Assembly: GCF_002298605.1 (NCBI RefSeq)
Contig: NZ_DBKS01000055.1
Source: Bifidobacterium sp. UBA744
GTDB taxonomy: Bacteria; Actinomycetota; Actinomycetes; Actinomycetales; Bifidobacteriaceae
Length of the DNA: 64,000 nt
Strand: one strand, 5' to 3'
Made by a program: the position numbers and the translations under genes. The notes below the pieces were generated by a model. The model ran no database searches. It saw only the letters and a list, made by a program, of their open reading frames with translations, and was not told the origin of the DNA. Positions 1-10,618 of the stretch are shown here, in pieces. Numbering within the stretch: the first letter of the stretch is position 1; each line of letters starts with the position of its first letter.

Positions 1-385
1 CCTTGATCTGGGCGATGTTGCCGGACACGATGTCGGCCGGCAGGCCACGCACCGGACGCTTGCGACGATCAAGCAGACCCGTCTGCAGGGCCAATGCGCC
101 GCCCGCGCGCAGTACACGCACCGAATAGCGCTGCACGGCACCTCCGGGGGTCTGGCGGGAAACCTGGATCAGGTCGGACTCGTGCCCAAACACGTCCTTG
201 ATCGTGTCCTGTAACCACTTCGCTGCATCAAGTGAATCAAACTGCGCCTCAACAACAATGTGCTTCTGAATCAGGTGAAGTCCGCCGCCGAAACGGATCA
301 TCGCGGCGGCCTGCGCCTTCTTCGCTGCAGGCAATTCGCTGTCGATCGCGGCAAGTTCGCTTTTGACGTCATCGAGCAGTGCCAA
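1..385 (-). CDS. whiA: DNA-binding protein WhiA (5' part; runs off the window start)
   Basis: Translated by hand from TTG at 385 (GGAGG upstream): [37 protein letters not shown]...[19 protein letters not shown]. It lies downstream of rapZ, as is typical. Confidence 0.88.
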   Translation of the reverse strand, partial: MALLDDVKSELAAIDSELPAAKKAQAAAMIRFGGGLHLIQKHIVVEAQFDSLDAAKWLQDTIKDVFGHESDLIQVSRQTPGGAVQRYSVRVLRAGGALALQTGLLDRRKRPVRGLPADIVSGNIAQIK

Positions 386-506
386 GAGCCAACCTCCTAC
401 AACTTAATGAGTTCTCTCTCATACCGGGGCGTTTCGCGAAACTCTCTCGCAAAACCACCGGCTTACTGTGATATCGAATCGGTTGGACAAACGCGCCGGC
501 CGACTT

Positions 507-1469
507 TCAGATCATGGACCGATGACGGTGAAGCTCACGAGCCGAAACGGTGACGTTCAATCCGTGGACACGCAGCCGTCGCGCCAGTTCCGCGCTCATC
601 GCGACGGAACGATGCTGCCCCCCGGTGCAGCCGATGGCGATGGTGACGAAATGCTTGTCCTCGCGGGCGTATCCCTGAATCGCGGTGAGAATCGCCCTCT
701 CATAGGCGTCGAGAAACTCGCCAGCCCCGGCGCTGGAGAGCACGTAGTCGCTCACCGGCTTGTCCAGGCCCGTCAGAGCCCGCAGCTGCGGCACCCAAAA
801 CGGGTTGGGCAGGAACCGCACATCGGCGACGAAATCGGCATCCAGCGGGATGCCGTACTTAAAGCCAAAGCTGAAGATATGCACGGCCACGGTGGTGGGA
901 CCGGTGCCCAGCAGCCCCTCGTACAGCTTGGTGGACAGTTGGTGAATCGACAGATTCGAAGTGTCGATGACGATGTCGGCGGTTTCCTTGAGATGCGCGA
1001 GCAACGCGCGCTCCTTGCCGATGCCGTCTATCAGACGACCGCCCCGCTGCAGCGGATGCGGACGACGGACCGACTCATAGCGTTTGATCAGCACCTCGTC
1101 ACTGGCGTCGAGGAACAGCACGCGGGTTTTCACCCCGAGATCGTCCAAATGGCCCAGAACCTGCGACAGATCGTCGAAATACGCACGGGAGCGCACGTCG
1201 ATGACGGCGGCGAGCTTGTGGATCTTGGACGATGAGGTCGTCATCATGTCAACCAGCGGAATCAGCAGCTTGGGAGGCAGGTTGTCAACCACATACCAGC
1301 CCATGTCCTCCACGCTGTCGGCCGCATGGGACCGTCCGGCCCCGGACATGCCCGTAATCAGCAGAACCTCGACGTCTTGCGCCGGTTTTGGTTCGGAATC
1401 GGGGACGGCGGGGGCGCCGGCATCCCCATTCGCCGAGATCGGCGTCTCGTCCATTGCGGATCCAGTCAT
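507..1469 (-). CDS. rapZ: RNase adapter RapZ / YvcJ-family P-loop protein
   Basis: ITGMSGAGRS P-loop, VDNLPP, SFGFKYG, DVRFLPNP and IGCTGGQHRSV motifs. ATG overlaps the aroE stop (TGATG). Confidence 0.92.
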   Translation of the reverse strand: MTGSAMDETPISANGDAGAPAVPDSEPKPAQDVEVLLITGMSGAGRSHAADSVEDMGWYVVDNLPPKLLIPLVDMMTTSSSKIHKLAAVIDVRSRAYFDDLSQVLGHLDDLGVKTRVLFLDASDEVLIKRYESVRRPHPLQRGGRLIDGIGKERALLAHLKETADIVIDTSNLSIHQLSTKLYEGLLGTGPTTVAVHIFSFGFKYGIPLDADFVADVRFLPNPFWVPQLRALTGLDKPVSDYVLSSAGAGEFLDAYERAILTAIQGYAREDKHFVTIAIGCTGGQHRSVAMSAELARRLRVHGLNVTVSARELHRHRSMI

Positions 1470-2440
1470 CACAGAGCCTCCTCCAAAGCCTTGCGCATGG
1501 CGATTTCCAGAGCATCGTCATCCGTGGCGGCATCCCCAAGACGGGCCTGCCAGTCGGACGGCGGATCGCCATCCCACTCGCCGGTCATCAACAGCACTTG
1601 GACCAATGCCTGATACAGCAGCATCTCCTCGCCGCCGATGGCGAGTCCACCATGCGCCCGCCATGCGGACATCAACTTGGTGGGACGAGGATCGTAGACG
1701 ACGTCCAGCAGACTGGCGCCGGCCTTCAGCGACGGGACGTCGCCGAGCATCGCGGCGACACCGTCTCCGGCGAGCCCGGGGATCGTGCTGACAACCCTGT
1801 CCGCCCGGGAAAGCTCGCCGACAACCGCGGCCTCGTCGTCCATCGCGATGACGTCACATACCTGGACACCGGGAATGAAACGCTCCGCCAGCGGCTGCAG
1901 ACTTGGATTGCGCTGCGGGTGGCGGGCGACGACCGTCACATGGCCGATTTGCGGCATCATCGTGCAGGCGGCCACCGCGGAGGCCGCGGTATTGCCATTG
2001 CCGATAATCACCGCGCGCTGACTGCGATGGTCGGAGGTGACGATGCCCGCCTGACGCAACGCATGCTCGAACGCCAGTTGGATGCCGATCACGTCGGTGT
2101 TGAACAGACTGATCCGGGGGACGCCGCCCCCCTCCGACTGCGACCAGTCGAATACCGCCGTATTGGCGACCCCAAGCACCCGCGCCCACAGATTGCAGGG
2201 CCGGCCGTATGGTTGGATGGTTTTTTTCAGGGGCATGGTCAGGCTCAGGCCGGCCCAGGAGGGATCGAGACCGTCGAGAAACGCGGCCAAATCGTCCTGG
2301 CCCACTTCGTATTTGTCATAACGCCAGTCATCAAGGCCCAATGCGCAATATGCGGCATTGTGAAGCACCGGCGACAATGAGTGGGCTATGGGCTTGCCGA
2401 GTACGGCACAGCGGTGGTTTATCGTGGTCACATCCCCCAT
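1469..2440 (-). CDS. aroE: Shikimate dehydrogenase
   Basis: AVLGKPIAHSLSPVLH, SLTMPLK, NTD, GNGNTA and DVVYDPRPT motifs. Start taken as MGDVTT; the ORF extension to 3046 overlaps uvrC. Confidence 0.9.
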   Translation of the reverse strand: MGDVTTINHRCAVLGKPIAHSLSPVLHNAAYCALGLDDWRYDKYEVGQDDLAAFLDGLDPSWAGLSLTMPLKKTIQPYGRPCNLWARVLGVANTAVFDWSQSEGGGVPRISLFNTDVIGIQLAFEHALRQAGIVTSDHRSQRAVIIGNGNTAASAVAACTMMPQIGHVTVVARHPQRNPSLQPLAERFIPGVQVCDVIAMDDEAAVVGELSRADRVVSTIPGLAGDGVAAMLGDVPSLKAGASLLDVVYDPRPTKLMSAWRAHGGLAIGGEEMLLYQALVQVLLMTGEWDGDPPSDWQARLGDAATDDDALEIAMRKALEEAL

Positions 2441-2465
2441 GCTAGTCGAGTCGCCGGCGCAATCA

Positions 2466-4772
2466 TCACGAGGCGCGCTGATGCAACGCCTCGAATATGG
2501 ACTTGGCCTTTGCCTTGCCGATGCCCGGCACCTTGGTGAAATCCTCCTCGCCGGCCTCACGCATCGCCCTGACGGAGCCGAAATGTCGCAGCAATTTCTT
2601 CTGGTAGGCCTCCCCGATACCGGGAATGTCGTCAAGCGCGCTGCGCAAAGCCCCCTTGCGCCTTGTCTGACGGTGGAATGTGATGGCGAACCGATGCGAT
2701 TCGTCTCGCACGCGCTGCAGCAGATACATGCCTTCCGACTGCCGTTTGAGAATGATCGGATACTCGTCGTCCGGCACCCACACCTCTTCAAGCCGTTTGG
2801 CCAGACCGCAGAGGGCGACGTCGTCCACGCCGCAGTCCTCCAGCGCCTTGGCTGCCGCCATGACCTGCGGCCTGCCCCCGTCGACGACGACGAGATTGGG
2901 CTTGTACGCGAACCGGTGGCGTTCGGCGTTCTGCTGGACGATCTGAGCGCCGTCGGATGTCTTCTCGGTGTTCCGCCCGCTCTTGCCGCCGACGAGACGC
3001 CGCTCCGTCTCCATGCTCTCGCCGGAGTCGCCGGCGATATTGCCATGCCGGAACCGTCGGGTCAGGGTTTCGTAGAGGGCGCTGAGATCGTCAACTGCGC
3101 CCCGGCCATCGACGCCGCGGATGGCGAAGCGCCGGTATTCCGACTTTTTGGCAACGGCATCCTCAAACACCACCATGGACGCCACCTGATAGGCGCCCCC
3201 GACGGTGTTGGAAATGTCGTAGCATTCGATGCGCAACGGCGCCTGGTCGAGCCCCAGGGCCTTGGCCACGTCGTTCATCGCGGCGGTGCGGGCGCCCATA
3301 TCGCTGATGCGGCTCATTTTGCTGCGCTGCAACGCCTGGCTGGCGTTGTCGGTGGCGCGATCCATCAGCGACTTCTTGCTGCCGCGCTCGGCCACACGTA
3401 TGGTGACGGTCCCTCCCCGCATGTCGGAAAGCCACGTTTCGAGCTCCTCGCGCCGACTGGGCTCCACCGGTACGATGACTTCCCTGGGAATGGGCGCGAT
3501 CGGCGCCAGCAGGTCCGCGCGGCCGGTCTGTTGCTGATGCAGATTGCGCTCCCTGGTGGCCCGCGCGCGGGATGCGGCATCCGTCGCGGTAACGGTTTGC
3601 GTCGATCCCAGCGCATCGCGATTGGTCTGGAACCGGACCGTTTCCGCATTGCGATCCGTCTTGCGCAGGCCTTGCGGCTCCTGTGCGGCATCCGAGTACA
3701 CCTGCACCATGAGATCCGCGATCAGGTCCGCCTCACTCGCATCATCCACGCGCTCCACGCCCCAATTGCGCTCCCCGCGGATGGCTCCGGCACGCACATA
3801 GAACGCATGGATGGAAGCCTCCAGCTCATCGGAAGCGAAGCCGAAGACATCGGCGTCGACCTGGCTGTCGAACACCACCGCGTTTTGCTCCATCACGGTT
3901 TGCAGCATCTGGATCTCGTCCCGGAGTCTGGCGGCCTTCTCGAACTCGAGTTGCGCGCTGGCCTCTTTCATGTCGCGCGTGAGCTGGGCGACATACGACG
4001 ACCCCAGCGTGCCGGTTATGACGCCGATAAGGCGTTCGGCCATGCGGCGATGGTCGGCGGCGCTGACGTTCCCGATGCAAGGTGCCGAGCATTTGCCGAT
4101 CGACGCCAGCAGACACGGCCGGTGAGTCAGCTCTGCCTTGCGGAACGCGCTGTCGGAACATGTGCGCACGGGAAAGCTGGTCAGCAGTTTGTCCAATGAT
4201 TGCCGAAGCTGCCAGACCTTGGCGTAGGGACCGAAGTACCGCGCGTCCCGATGCTTGCGGCTGCGGGTCACCCAAATGCGGGGGAATCGCTCTCCCGCGC
4301 TGATCGCCAGATACGGATAGGTTTTGTCATCCCTGAACTGCACATTGAACCGTGGGTCGAATTCCTTGATCCAGGTATATTCCAGCGTCAGCGATTCCAA
4401 TTCGGTGCCGACCACCGTCCACTCGAGGCTCCGGGCGGTCAGCACCATGGTTTGGGTGCGCGGATGCAGCAGCTGCAGCGGCTGGAAGTAGTTGGACAGT
4501 CGGTTGCGCAGGTTCTTCGCCTTGCCCACGTAGATGACGCGTCCCTCCCCGTCACGCCACTTGTAGACGCCGGGCTTGGCCGGGATGTCGGAGGCCTTCG
4601 GACGGAACGCATCCCTTGAATCGCCGAGCAGCGGGGCACCGTTGTGGTTGAGTCCCGCCGAGGTCCCGTCGGCGTCCGCGTCCCCCGCGGCGTCCGCGGC
4701 GGACGACAGGAGCGCCGACGCGGTTTTGCGCCATTCATCCGGACTGTGGCGTTCAAGCATGCCTGCGCCCAT
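2466..4772 (-). CDS. uvrC: Excinuclease ABC subunit C
   Basis: GIY-YIG (PGVYKW...IYVGKAKNL), LEFEKAARLRD UVR domain, RIECYDIS, VDGGRPQ, RDESHRFA and C-terminal HhH. TGATG overlap with uvrA; exact start uncertain. Confidence 0.95.
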   Translation of the reverse strand: MGAGMLERHSPDEWRKTASALLSSAADAAGDADADGTSAGLNHNGAPLLGDSRDAFRPKASDIPAKPGVYKWRDGEGRVIYVGKAKNLRNRLSNYFQPLQLLHPRTQTMVLTARSLEWTVVGTELESLTLEYTWIKEFDPRFNVQFRDDKTYPYLAISAGERFPRIWVTRSRKHRDARYFGPYAKVWQLRQSLDKLLTSFPVRTCSDSAFRKAELTHRPCLLASIGKCSAPCIGNVSAADHRRMAERLIGVITGTLGSSYVAQLTRDMKEASAQLEFEKAARLRDEIQMLQTVMEQNAVVFDSQVDADVFGFASDELEASIHAFYVRAGAIRGERNWGVERVDDASEADLIADLMVQVYSDAAQEPQGLRKTDRNAETVRFQTNRDALGSTQTVTATDAASRARATRERNLHQQQTGRADLLAPIAPIPREVIVPVEPSRREELETWLSDMRGGTVTIRVAERGSKKSLMDRATDNASQALQRSKMSRISDMGARTAAMNDVAKALGLDQAPLRIECYDISNTVGGAYQVASMVVFEDAVAKKSEYRRFAIRGVDGRGAVDDLSALYETLTRRFRHGNIAGDSGESMETERRLVGGKSGRNTEKTSDGAQIVQQNAERHRFAYKPNLVVVDGGRPQVMAAAKALEDCGVDDVALCGLAKRLEEVWVPDDEYPIILKRQSEGMYLLQRVRDESHRFAITFHRQTRRKGALRSALDDIPGIGEAYQKKLLRHFGSVRAMREAGEEDFTKVPGIGKAKAKSIFEALHQRAS

Positions 4773-7700
4773 CACCGCTGTTTCCCGCCGGTCGGTTTGA
4801 GCATGTCCTTGAGGAACTTGCCGGTCCAGCTTTCCGGACACTTCGCGACCTGTTCCGGCGTGCCCTGGGCGACGACGGTGCCGCCGCCGTCACCGCCCTC
4901 CGGTCCGAGATCGATGATCCAGTCGGCGGCTTTGATCACATCGAGGTTGTGCTCGATGACGATGACGGTGTTGCCCTTGTCGACCAGGCCCTGAAGCACT
5001 GCGAGCAGCTTGCTGACATCTTCGAAATGCAGGCCGGTGGTCGGTTCGTCAAGAATATAGACGGTTTTCCCGTCGGAGCGGCGCTGCAATTCGGTGGCGA
5101 GCTTGACCCGCTGGGATTCGCCGCCCGACAGCGTCGGCGCGGGCTGACCGAGCCGAATGTATCCCAGCCCTACATCCACCAACGTCTTCAGATATCGGGA
5201 TATGGACGGATACGCCTTGAAGAAGTCAGCGGCCTGTTCAATCGGCATGTCGAGGATGTCGGACACGGTTTTCCCGTTGTAGGTCACTTCAAGCGTTTCC
5301 CGGTTATACCGTTTGCCGTGGCACACCTCGCAATCCACATACACATCCGGCAGGAAGTTCATTTCGATTTTGATGGTGCCGTCACCATGGCAGGCTTCGC
5401 AACGCCCGCCTTTTACGTTGAACGAGAATCGCCCGGGACCGTATCCACGCACCTGGGACTCAGGTGTTTTGGCGAACAGGGCGCGGATCTTGTCCCACAC
5501 TCCCGTATAGGTGGCCGGGTTCGACCTTGGGGTACGCCCTATCGGGTTCTGATCGACATGGATGACCTTGCGCAACTGGTCAACGCCTTCCACGCGGGTG
5601 TGCTTGCCCGGCACGATCCGCGCGCCGTTCAATTTATCGGCAAGCACCGGATACAGGATGGAATTGACCAGTGTGGACTTGCCGGATCCCGATACGCCGG
5701 TGACCACGGTCATCACGCCGAGGGGGAAGTTCACGTTGATGTTCTTGAGGTTGTTCTCCCTGGCGCCCACCACTCTGAGCTGACGGGTGGCGTGTACCTT
5801 GCGACGCGATTTGGGCACCCTGATGGAACGGCGCCCGGCAATGTAATCGCCGGTGATGGATCGGGGCGCGTCGACAAGATGCGCCGCAGGGCCGGAATAT
5901 ATGACCTCGCCGCCATGTTCGCCCGCACCCGGTCCGATGTCGACCAGCCAGTCGGCCTCTTTGATGGTCTCCTCGTCGTGCTCGACCACAATCAGGGTGT
6001 TGCCCAGGTCGCGCAGATGGTGCAGGGTCCCGATCAGACGCTCGTTGTCGCGCTGGTGCAAGCCGATGGAGGGCTCATCCAGCACATACATCACGCCGAC
6101 GAGCCCGGACCCTATCTGCGTGGCGAGGCGAATGCGCTGCGCCTCGCCGCCCGACAACGTGGCGGCCGCACGGGACAACGTGAGGTAGTCAAGTCCCACG
6201 TCATTGAGGAACCCCAGCCGGGCCCTGATCTCCTTGAGCACCTCCCCGGCGATTGTGGCGGCGGCCCCCTCCAACTTGAGCCCGTTCACCCAGGCGAGGG
6301 CATTCGACACCGACATATCGCACACATCGGCGATGGACTTGCCGTCCACGGTCACCGCCAGCACCTCGGGCTTGAGCCTCCGGCCCCGGCATTCCTGGCA
6401 GGGAACCTCACGCATATACGATTCGTAGTATTCCTTCATGCTCTGCGAATCGGTTTCGTCGTGACGGCGCATCAGCGTGCGCACCACCCCCTCGAAGCCG
6501 GTGGAGTATTCGCGCAAGCGGCCCCACCGATTGCGATAGGAGACCTTCACCTTGAAATCGCGGCCGTACATGATGGCCTGCCTGGCCTCCTCGGGCAGAT
6601 CCCTCCACGGGGTGGTCATGGAGAACCCCATCTCGTCCGCCAGCCCCTCGAGCACATGGCCGTAGTACTGCGAGACGGTTTTTGTACTGGACCACGGCTC
6701 GATCACGCCTTCGGCGAGGGATTTGCCCGGATCCGATATCACCAGTTCCGGATCGATCTCGAGTTTGAACCCCAGACCGGTGCACACGGGGCATGCGCCA
6801 TAAGGCGCGTTAAACGAAAACGTGCGGGGCTCGATCTCATCCAATTCGAGCACATGGCCGTTCGGGCAGCTGCGATGTTCGGAAAAGGGCTGACGGCGGC
6901 GGGCCGAGTCGGCGGGTTCGTCCACGAAATCCGCGATCACCGTGCCGTTGGCGAGCTTCAACGCCGTTTCGACGGAATCCGTCAGACGCTGCCGAATGCC
7001 GTCCTTGACCACGAGGCGGTCCACCACCACTTCGATGGTGTGTTTCTTTTGCTTGGCAAGCTTGATCTCCTCGGACAGCTGTCGCATCTCGCCGTCGATC
7101 AGCGCCCTGGAATATCCGTCGGAACGCAGCAGGTCAAGCAGCTCGACGAATTCGCCCTTGCGTCCCTTCGCCACCGGTGCGAGGACCTGGAATCGGGTGC
7201 GCTCCGGGTACGCCATCAGGGTGTCGACAATCTGCTGGGGAGTTTGCGAGGCAACGGGCTCGCCGCATTCCGGGCAGTGCGGAATGCCGGTGCGGGCGAA
7301 CAGCAGTCGCAGATAATCGTAGATTTCCGTAATGGTGCCGACCGTCGAACGCGGATTGCGGTTGGTGGTCTTCTGGTCGATGGAGACGGCCGGCGACAGG
7401 CCTTCGATGAAGTCGACATCCGGCTTGTCCATCTGACCCAGGAACTGGCGTGCGTATGCGGACAGCGATTCGACGTAGCGACGCTGTCCCTCGGCGAACA
7501 GGGTGTCGAACGCCAACGACGACTTGCCCGAGCCGGACAGACCGGTGAACACGACCATGCGGTTGCGCGGGATCGCCAGATCGACGTTTTTGAGGTTATG
7601 CTCGCGAGCGCCCTGGATGGTGATTTTCAGATCGTTGGGAATATGCGATATGTCGGCCACAAGTCCGCCGTCCGGGGTTTTCCTGAGCGGCGCCTTCCCG

Positions 7701-7789
7701 ATCTCGCGACCCAGGAAGGAGTCGCCGTCCGTCATCCGTTCCCCTGCGACGCTGCGCTGCTCTGAAGTGCCCACATCTTCTCCGTTCAT
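4772..7789 (-). CDS. uvrA: Excinuclease ABC subunit A
   Basis: GAREHNLKN, two Walker A motifs ([16 protein letters not shown]), zinc fingers, [12 protein letters not shown]. Start uncertain (7735, 7789 or 7822). Confidence 0.97.
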   Translation of the reverse strand: MNGEDVGTSEQRSVAGERMTDGDSFLGREIGKAPLRKTPDGGLVADISHIPNDLKITIQGAREHNLKNVDLAIPRNRMVVFTGLSGSGKSSLAFDTLFAEGQRRYVESLSAYARQFLGQMDKPDVDFIEGLSPAVSIDQKTTNRNPRSTVGTITEIYDYLRLLFARTGIPHCPECGEPVASQTPQQIVDTLMAYPERTRFQVLAPVAKGRKGEFVELLDLLRSDGYSRALIDGEMRQLSEEIKLAKQKKHTIEVVVDRLVVKDGIRQRLTDSVETALKLANGTVIADFVDEPADSARRRQPFSEHRSCPNGHVLELDEIEPRTFSFNAPYGACPVCTGLGFKLEIDPELVISDPGKSLAEGVIEPWSSTKTVSQYYGHVLEGLADEMGFSMTTPWRDLPEEARQAIMYGRDFKVKVSYRNRWGRLREYSTGFEGVVRTLMRRHDETDSQSMKEYYESYMREVPCQECRGRRLKPEVLAVTVDGKSIADVCDMSVSNALAWVNGLKLEGAAATIAGEVLKEIRARLGFLNDVGLDYLTLSRAAATLSGGEAQRIRLATQIGSGLVGVMYVLDEPSIGLHQRDNERLIGTLHHLRDLGNTLIVVEHDEETIKEADWLVDIGPGAGEHGGEVIYSGPAAHLVDAPRSITGDYIAGRRSIRVPKSRRKVHATRQLRVVGARENNLKNINVNFPLGVMTVVTGVSGSGKSTLVNSILYPVLADKLNGARIVPGKHTRVEGVDQLRKVIHVDQNPIGRTPRSNPATYTGVWDKIRALFAKTPESQVRGYGPGRFSFNVKGGRCEACHGDGTIKIEMNFLPDVYVDCEVCHGKRYNRETLEVTYNGKTVSDILDMPIEQAADFFKAYPSISRYLKTLVDVGLGYIRLGQPAPTLSGGESQRVKLATELQRRSDGKTVYILDEPTTGLHFEDVSKLLAVLQGLVDKGNTVIVIEHNLDVIKAADWIIDLGPEGGDGGGTVVAQGTPEQVAKCPESWTGKFLKDMLKPTGGKQR

Positions 7790-7856
7790 GTATATGCCGA
7801 TTCGCCTGTGCCCTGACGTCATTCGCAACCATAGTGCGTTCGACGTATATCTATAA

Positions 7857-7872
7857 TCGAACATGTGTTCGA
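7857..7872. promoter_or_regulatory. LexA (SOS) operator
   Basis: TCGAACATGTGTTCGA matches the actinobacterial TCGAAC-N4-GTTCGA consensus exactly and lies upstream of uvrA. Confidence 0.88.
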
Positions 7873-7932
7873 CAACGACGCGCCGCCGGCACTGGCGGAT
7901 ACGGCTACAGTGGTGGCCAGAGGAGGCGTTGC

Positions 7933-8874
7933 ATGACATTGGGGCTTGACGTACCGGATTGGGTGAGGGATGCGACCGTAGAGGTCTTTCGCGCCGCGGT
8001 GGACCGCGGCAGGATCGAGCGCGCCGGCAGATTGCGCGTCCCGGACGGGGTGAGCGTCGGGCCCGAAACACGCTATTGTGGCGACGATCCCCATCAGGCG
8101 TTGGCTGTTTACAGGCCGGCCAACGCCGGCGGGCATTTCCGGCCTCCTTTGATCGTCGACATCCACGGCGGCGGATGGGTGTACGGCGACCTGGGCATCA
8201 ATCATCTCTACTGCAGCCGCTTGGCCGAATTGGGCTTCATGGTGGCGAACGTCGCATACCGGCTGCAGCCCGGGGCGAATCTGCGCGACCAGGTGCAGGA
8301 TCTGTTCGCCGCATTGCATTGGCTGGGAGCCCACGCCGACGAATGCGGCTTCGATCCGGGCAACGTGTTCCTCACCGGCGATTCCGCAGGAGGACATCTG
8401 GCGGCGCTGATATCCTGCGTGGACTCCAGCGGACGCGAGCAGCGCATCTTCGGCGTCGCGCCGGATCATGGACTGTCCATTCGCGCCGTGGGCATTGTCA
8501 ACGGCGTTGTGGAGGGTACATACCGCACCAGTCCGGGCAGCCCGCTGCTGGACGTCGCCGACCGTGCGCTGCTCAAGTCGATGTGCGGGGGCGACCCCGA
8601 AGCGCCGTGGCGTCCGTACCGCAGCTTCGCCGTCTTCATGAAGGATGTGGAGCTCAAACCCATGTTCGTGGTGTCGGGGCTTTCCGACCCCTTCTACACG
8701 CAGACCCGGCATCTGCTTGGCTACCTCGCATCCCGCCGGGCCCGCGTCGAACCGTTGATATGGCCGAAGGACCGTCGGCTCGGCCATGTGTTCAACATCA
8801 TGGAGGTCGATTGGGAGGAGTCGAGACGCACCAACGCCGCCATGTGCGACTACTTCAGGCGCTGGCTGCGATGA
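7933..8874 (+). CDS. Alpha/beta hydrolase, HSL-like esterase/lipase
   Basis: DIHGGGW oxyanion motif, GDSAGG nucleophile elbow, C-terminal GHVF. AGGAGG RBS at 7921. Confidence 0.88.
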   Translation: MTLGLDVPDWVRDATVEVFRAAVDRGRIERAGRLRVPDGVSVGPETRYCGDDPHQALAVYRPANAGGHFRPPLIVDIHGGGWVYGDLGINHLYCSRLAELGFMVANVAYRLQPGANLRDQVQDLFAALHWLGAHADECGFDPGNVFLTGDSAGGHLAALISCVDSSGREQRIFGVAPDHGLSIRAVGIVNGVVEGTYRTSPGSPLLDVADRALLKSMCGGDPEAPWRPYRSFAVFMKDVELKPMFVVSGLSDPFYTQTRHLLGYLASRRARVEPLIWPKDRRLGHVFNIMEVDWEESRRTNAAMCDYFRRWLR

Positions 8875-8877
8875 CGC

Positions 8878-10479
8878 CTATTCCTCGGCAACCAGGTCGA
8901 GGTATTCGTCGTTCCACAGGTCCTCGTCGCCGTCGGGCATGAGCAGGACGCGTTCGGGGTTGAGGGCCTGGACGGCGCCTTCATCATGGGTGACGAGGAT
9001 GATGGCACCCTCGTATTTGGCGATGGCCTTGAGGATTTCGTCGCGGGAGGCCGGGTCGAGGTTGTTGGTGGGCTCGTCGAGCAGCAGGACGTTGGCGCGG
9101 GAGGTCACCAGCGTCGCCAGGGCCAGACGCGTTTTTTCGCCGCCCGAGAGGACGCGGGTGGGCTTCATGGCGTCGTCTCCCGAAAACAGGAAGGATCCCA
9201 GAATGGATCGGGCATGCGTGTCGTCCAGCTCGGGGGCGACATGGGTGAGGTTTTCGAGAACCGTGGCGTCCATGTCGAGGGTGTCGTGCTCCTGGGCGAA
9301 GTAGCCGATTTTTGCGCCGTGGCCGTAGACGACCTCGCCGGTGTCGGGCTGCTCCTCACCGGCCAAAATGCGCAGCGTGGTGGTTTTGCCCGCGCCGTTG
9401 TACCCGAGGATGACCACGCGGGAGCCTTTGTCGATGGCGAGGTTGATGCCGGCGAACACGATGTTCGAGCCGTAGGCTTTGGAGATGTCCTTGGCCATGA
9501 TGGGCGTTTTGCCGCAGGGTGCCGGCTCCGGGAAGCGAATGTCCGCCACTTTCTCCTTTTTCTGGGCCTCGGAGGTGCCTTCGAGGAGCTTTTCGGCGCG
9601 CCGCATCATGTTCTGCGCCGCCACGGCCTTGGTGGCCTTGGCGTGCAGGCGAATGCCCTGCTTCATGAGGCGTTCGGCTTTCTTTTCGGCGACTTCGCGC
9701 TCGCGGCGGCGGCGTTCCTCGTCAACCGCACGCTGATGCAGATAGGCCTTCCAGCCGAGGGAGTACATGTCGATCCGGCCCAATTGGGCGTCCAGATGCC
9801 AGACCTTGTTGACGACTTCGTCGAGCAGCTCGGTGGAGTGCGAGATGACGAGGAAACCGCCTTCGAAGCGTTTGAGGTAGCCGCGCAGCCATTCGATGGA
9901 GTCTGCGTCCAAATGGTTGGTGGGCTCGTCGAGGATCATGGTGTCGGCGTCGGAGAAGAGGATGCGGGCGAGTTCGATGCGTCGGCGCTGACCGCCGGAG
10001 AGGGTGCCCAGCTGCTGCTGCATGACTTCCTGCGGAAGCCCCAGCGAGTTGGCCATGGCGATGGCCTCGGACTGGGCAGCATAGCCGCCCGCCTTGTCGA
10101 AGTCCTGCATGGCCTTGTCGTACCGGTTCATGGCTTTGGTCATGACGTCCGGATCCGGGTCGGTCATGTCTTTTTCGGCTTTGCGCAGGCGCGCGATGAT
10201 GGTGGCGATGTCGCGGGCGCTCATCATGCGGTCGAGGGCGGTTTGGGACGGGTCCGCGGCGTGGGTGTCCTGAGGCAGGTATCCGAGCTTGCCGGAAACC
10301 CGCACCTTGCCGGCCGTGGGCAGCATGTCCCCGGTGATCACGCGGGTGAGCGTGGTCTTGCCGGCGCCGTTGCGTCCGACCAGACCGATTTTGTCACCTT
10401 TGGACACATGAAAATCCGTGGCGTGCAAGAGGGTGCGAGCGCCGATCTGAATTTCCAATCCCTGCGCCTCAATAGCCAT
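8878..10479 (-). CDS. ABC-F family ATP-binding protein (no membrane domain)
   Basis: Two ABC domains (GRNGAGKTT, LSGGQRRR, DEPTNHLD; GYNGAGKTT, LSGGEKTR, DEPTNNLD) joined by a charged helical linker. Confidence 0.92.
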   Translation of the reverse strand: MAIEAQGLEIQIGARTLLHATDFHVSKGDKIGLVGRNGAGKTTLTRVITGDMLPTAGKVRVSGKLGYLPQDTHAADPSQTALDRMMSARDIATIIARLRKAEKDMTDPDPDVMTKAMNRYDKAMQDFDKAGGYAAQSEAIAMANSLGLPQEVMQQQLGTLSGGQRRRIELARILFSDADTMILDEPTNHLDADSIEWLRGYLKRFEGGFLVISHSTELLDEVVNKVWHLDAQLGRIDMYSLGWKAYLHQRAVDEERRRREREVAEKKAERLMKQGIRLHAKATKAVAAQNMMRRAEKLLEGTSEAQKKEKVADIRFPEPAPCGKTPIMAKDISKAYGSNIVFAGINLAIDKGSRVVILGYNGAGKTTTLRILAGEEQPDTGEVVYGHGAKIGYFAQEHDTLDMDATVLENLTHVAPELDDTHARSILGSFLFSGDDAMKPTRVLSGGEKTRLALATLVTSRANVLLLDEPTNNLDPASRDEILKAIAKYEGAIILVTHDEGAVQALNPERVLLMPDGDEDLWNDEYLDLVAEE

Positions 10480-10618
10480 ATGTCATCCGCTCTTTCCACG
10501 TGGTCGCAAACTATGCCAGCCGATTATTGTGACAGATGACGCAGACTTAGATGGAACTTCCGTACCGCGCGCCCAGTACCGACACGGGCGGTTTTCGCGG
10601 ACGTGCACGGCGTAGCCC

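Noticed and set aside
431..442. Palindrome GTTTCGCGAAAC upstream of whiA
   Set aside because: It is short and single, and I cannot tie it to a regulator or a well-spaced promoter.
2441..3046. Apparent N-terminal extension of AroE (525-aa ORF); similar extensions on pyrE, pyrC, the ModF-like gene, uvrA and era
   Set aside because: The extensions overlap upstream genes or promoters and have Arg/Ser/Pro-rich off-frame composition. They are not fusions or frameshifts.
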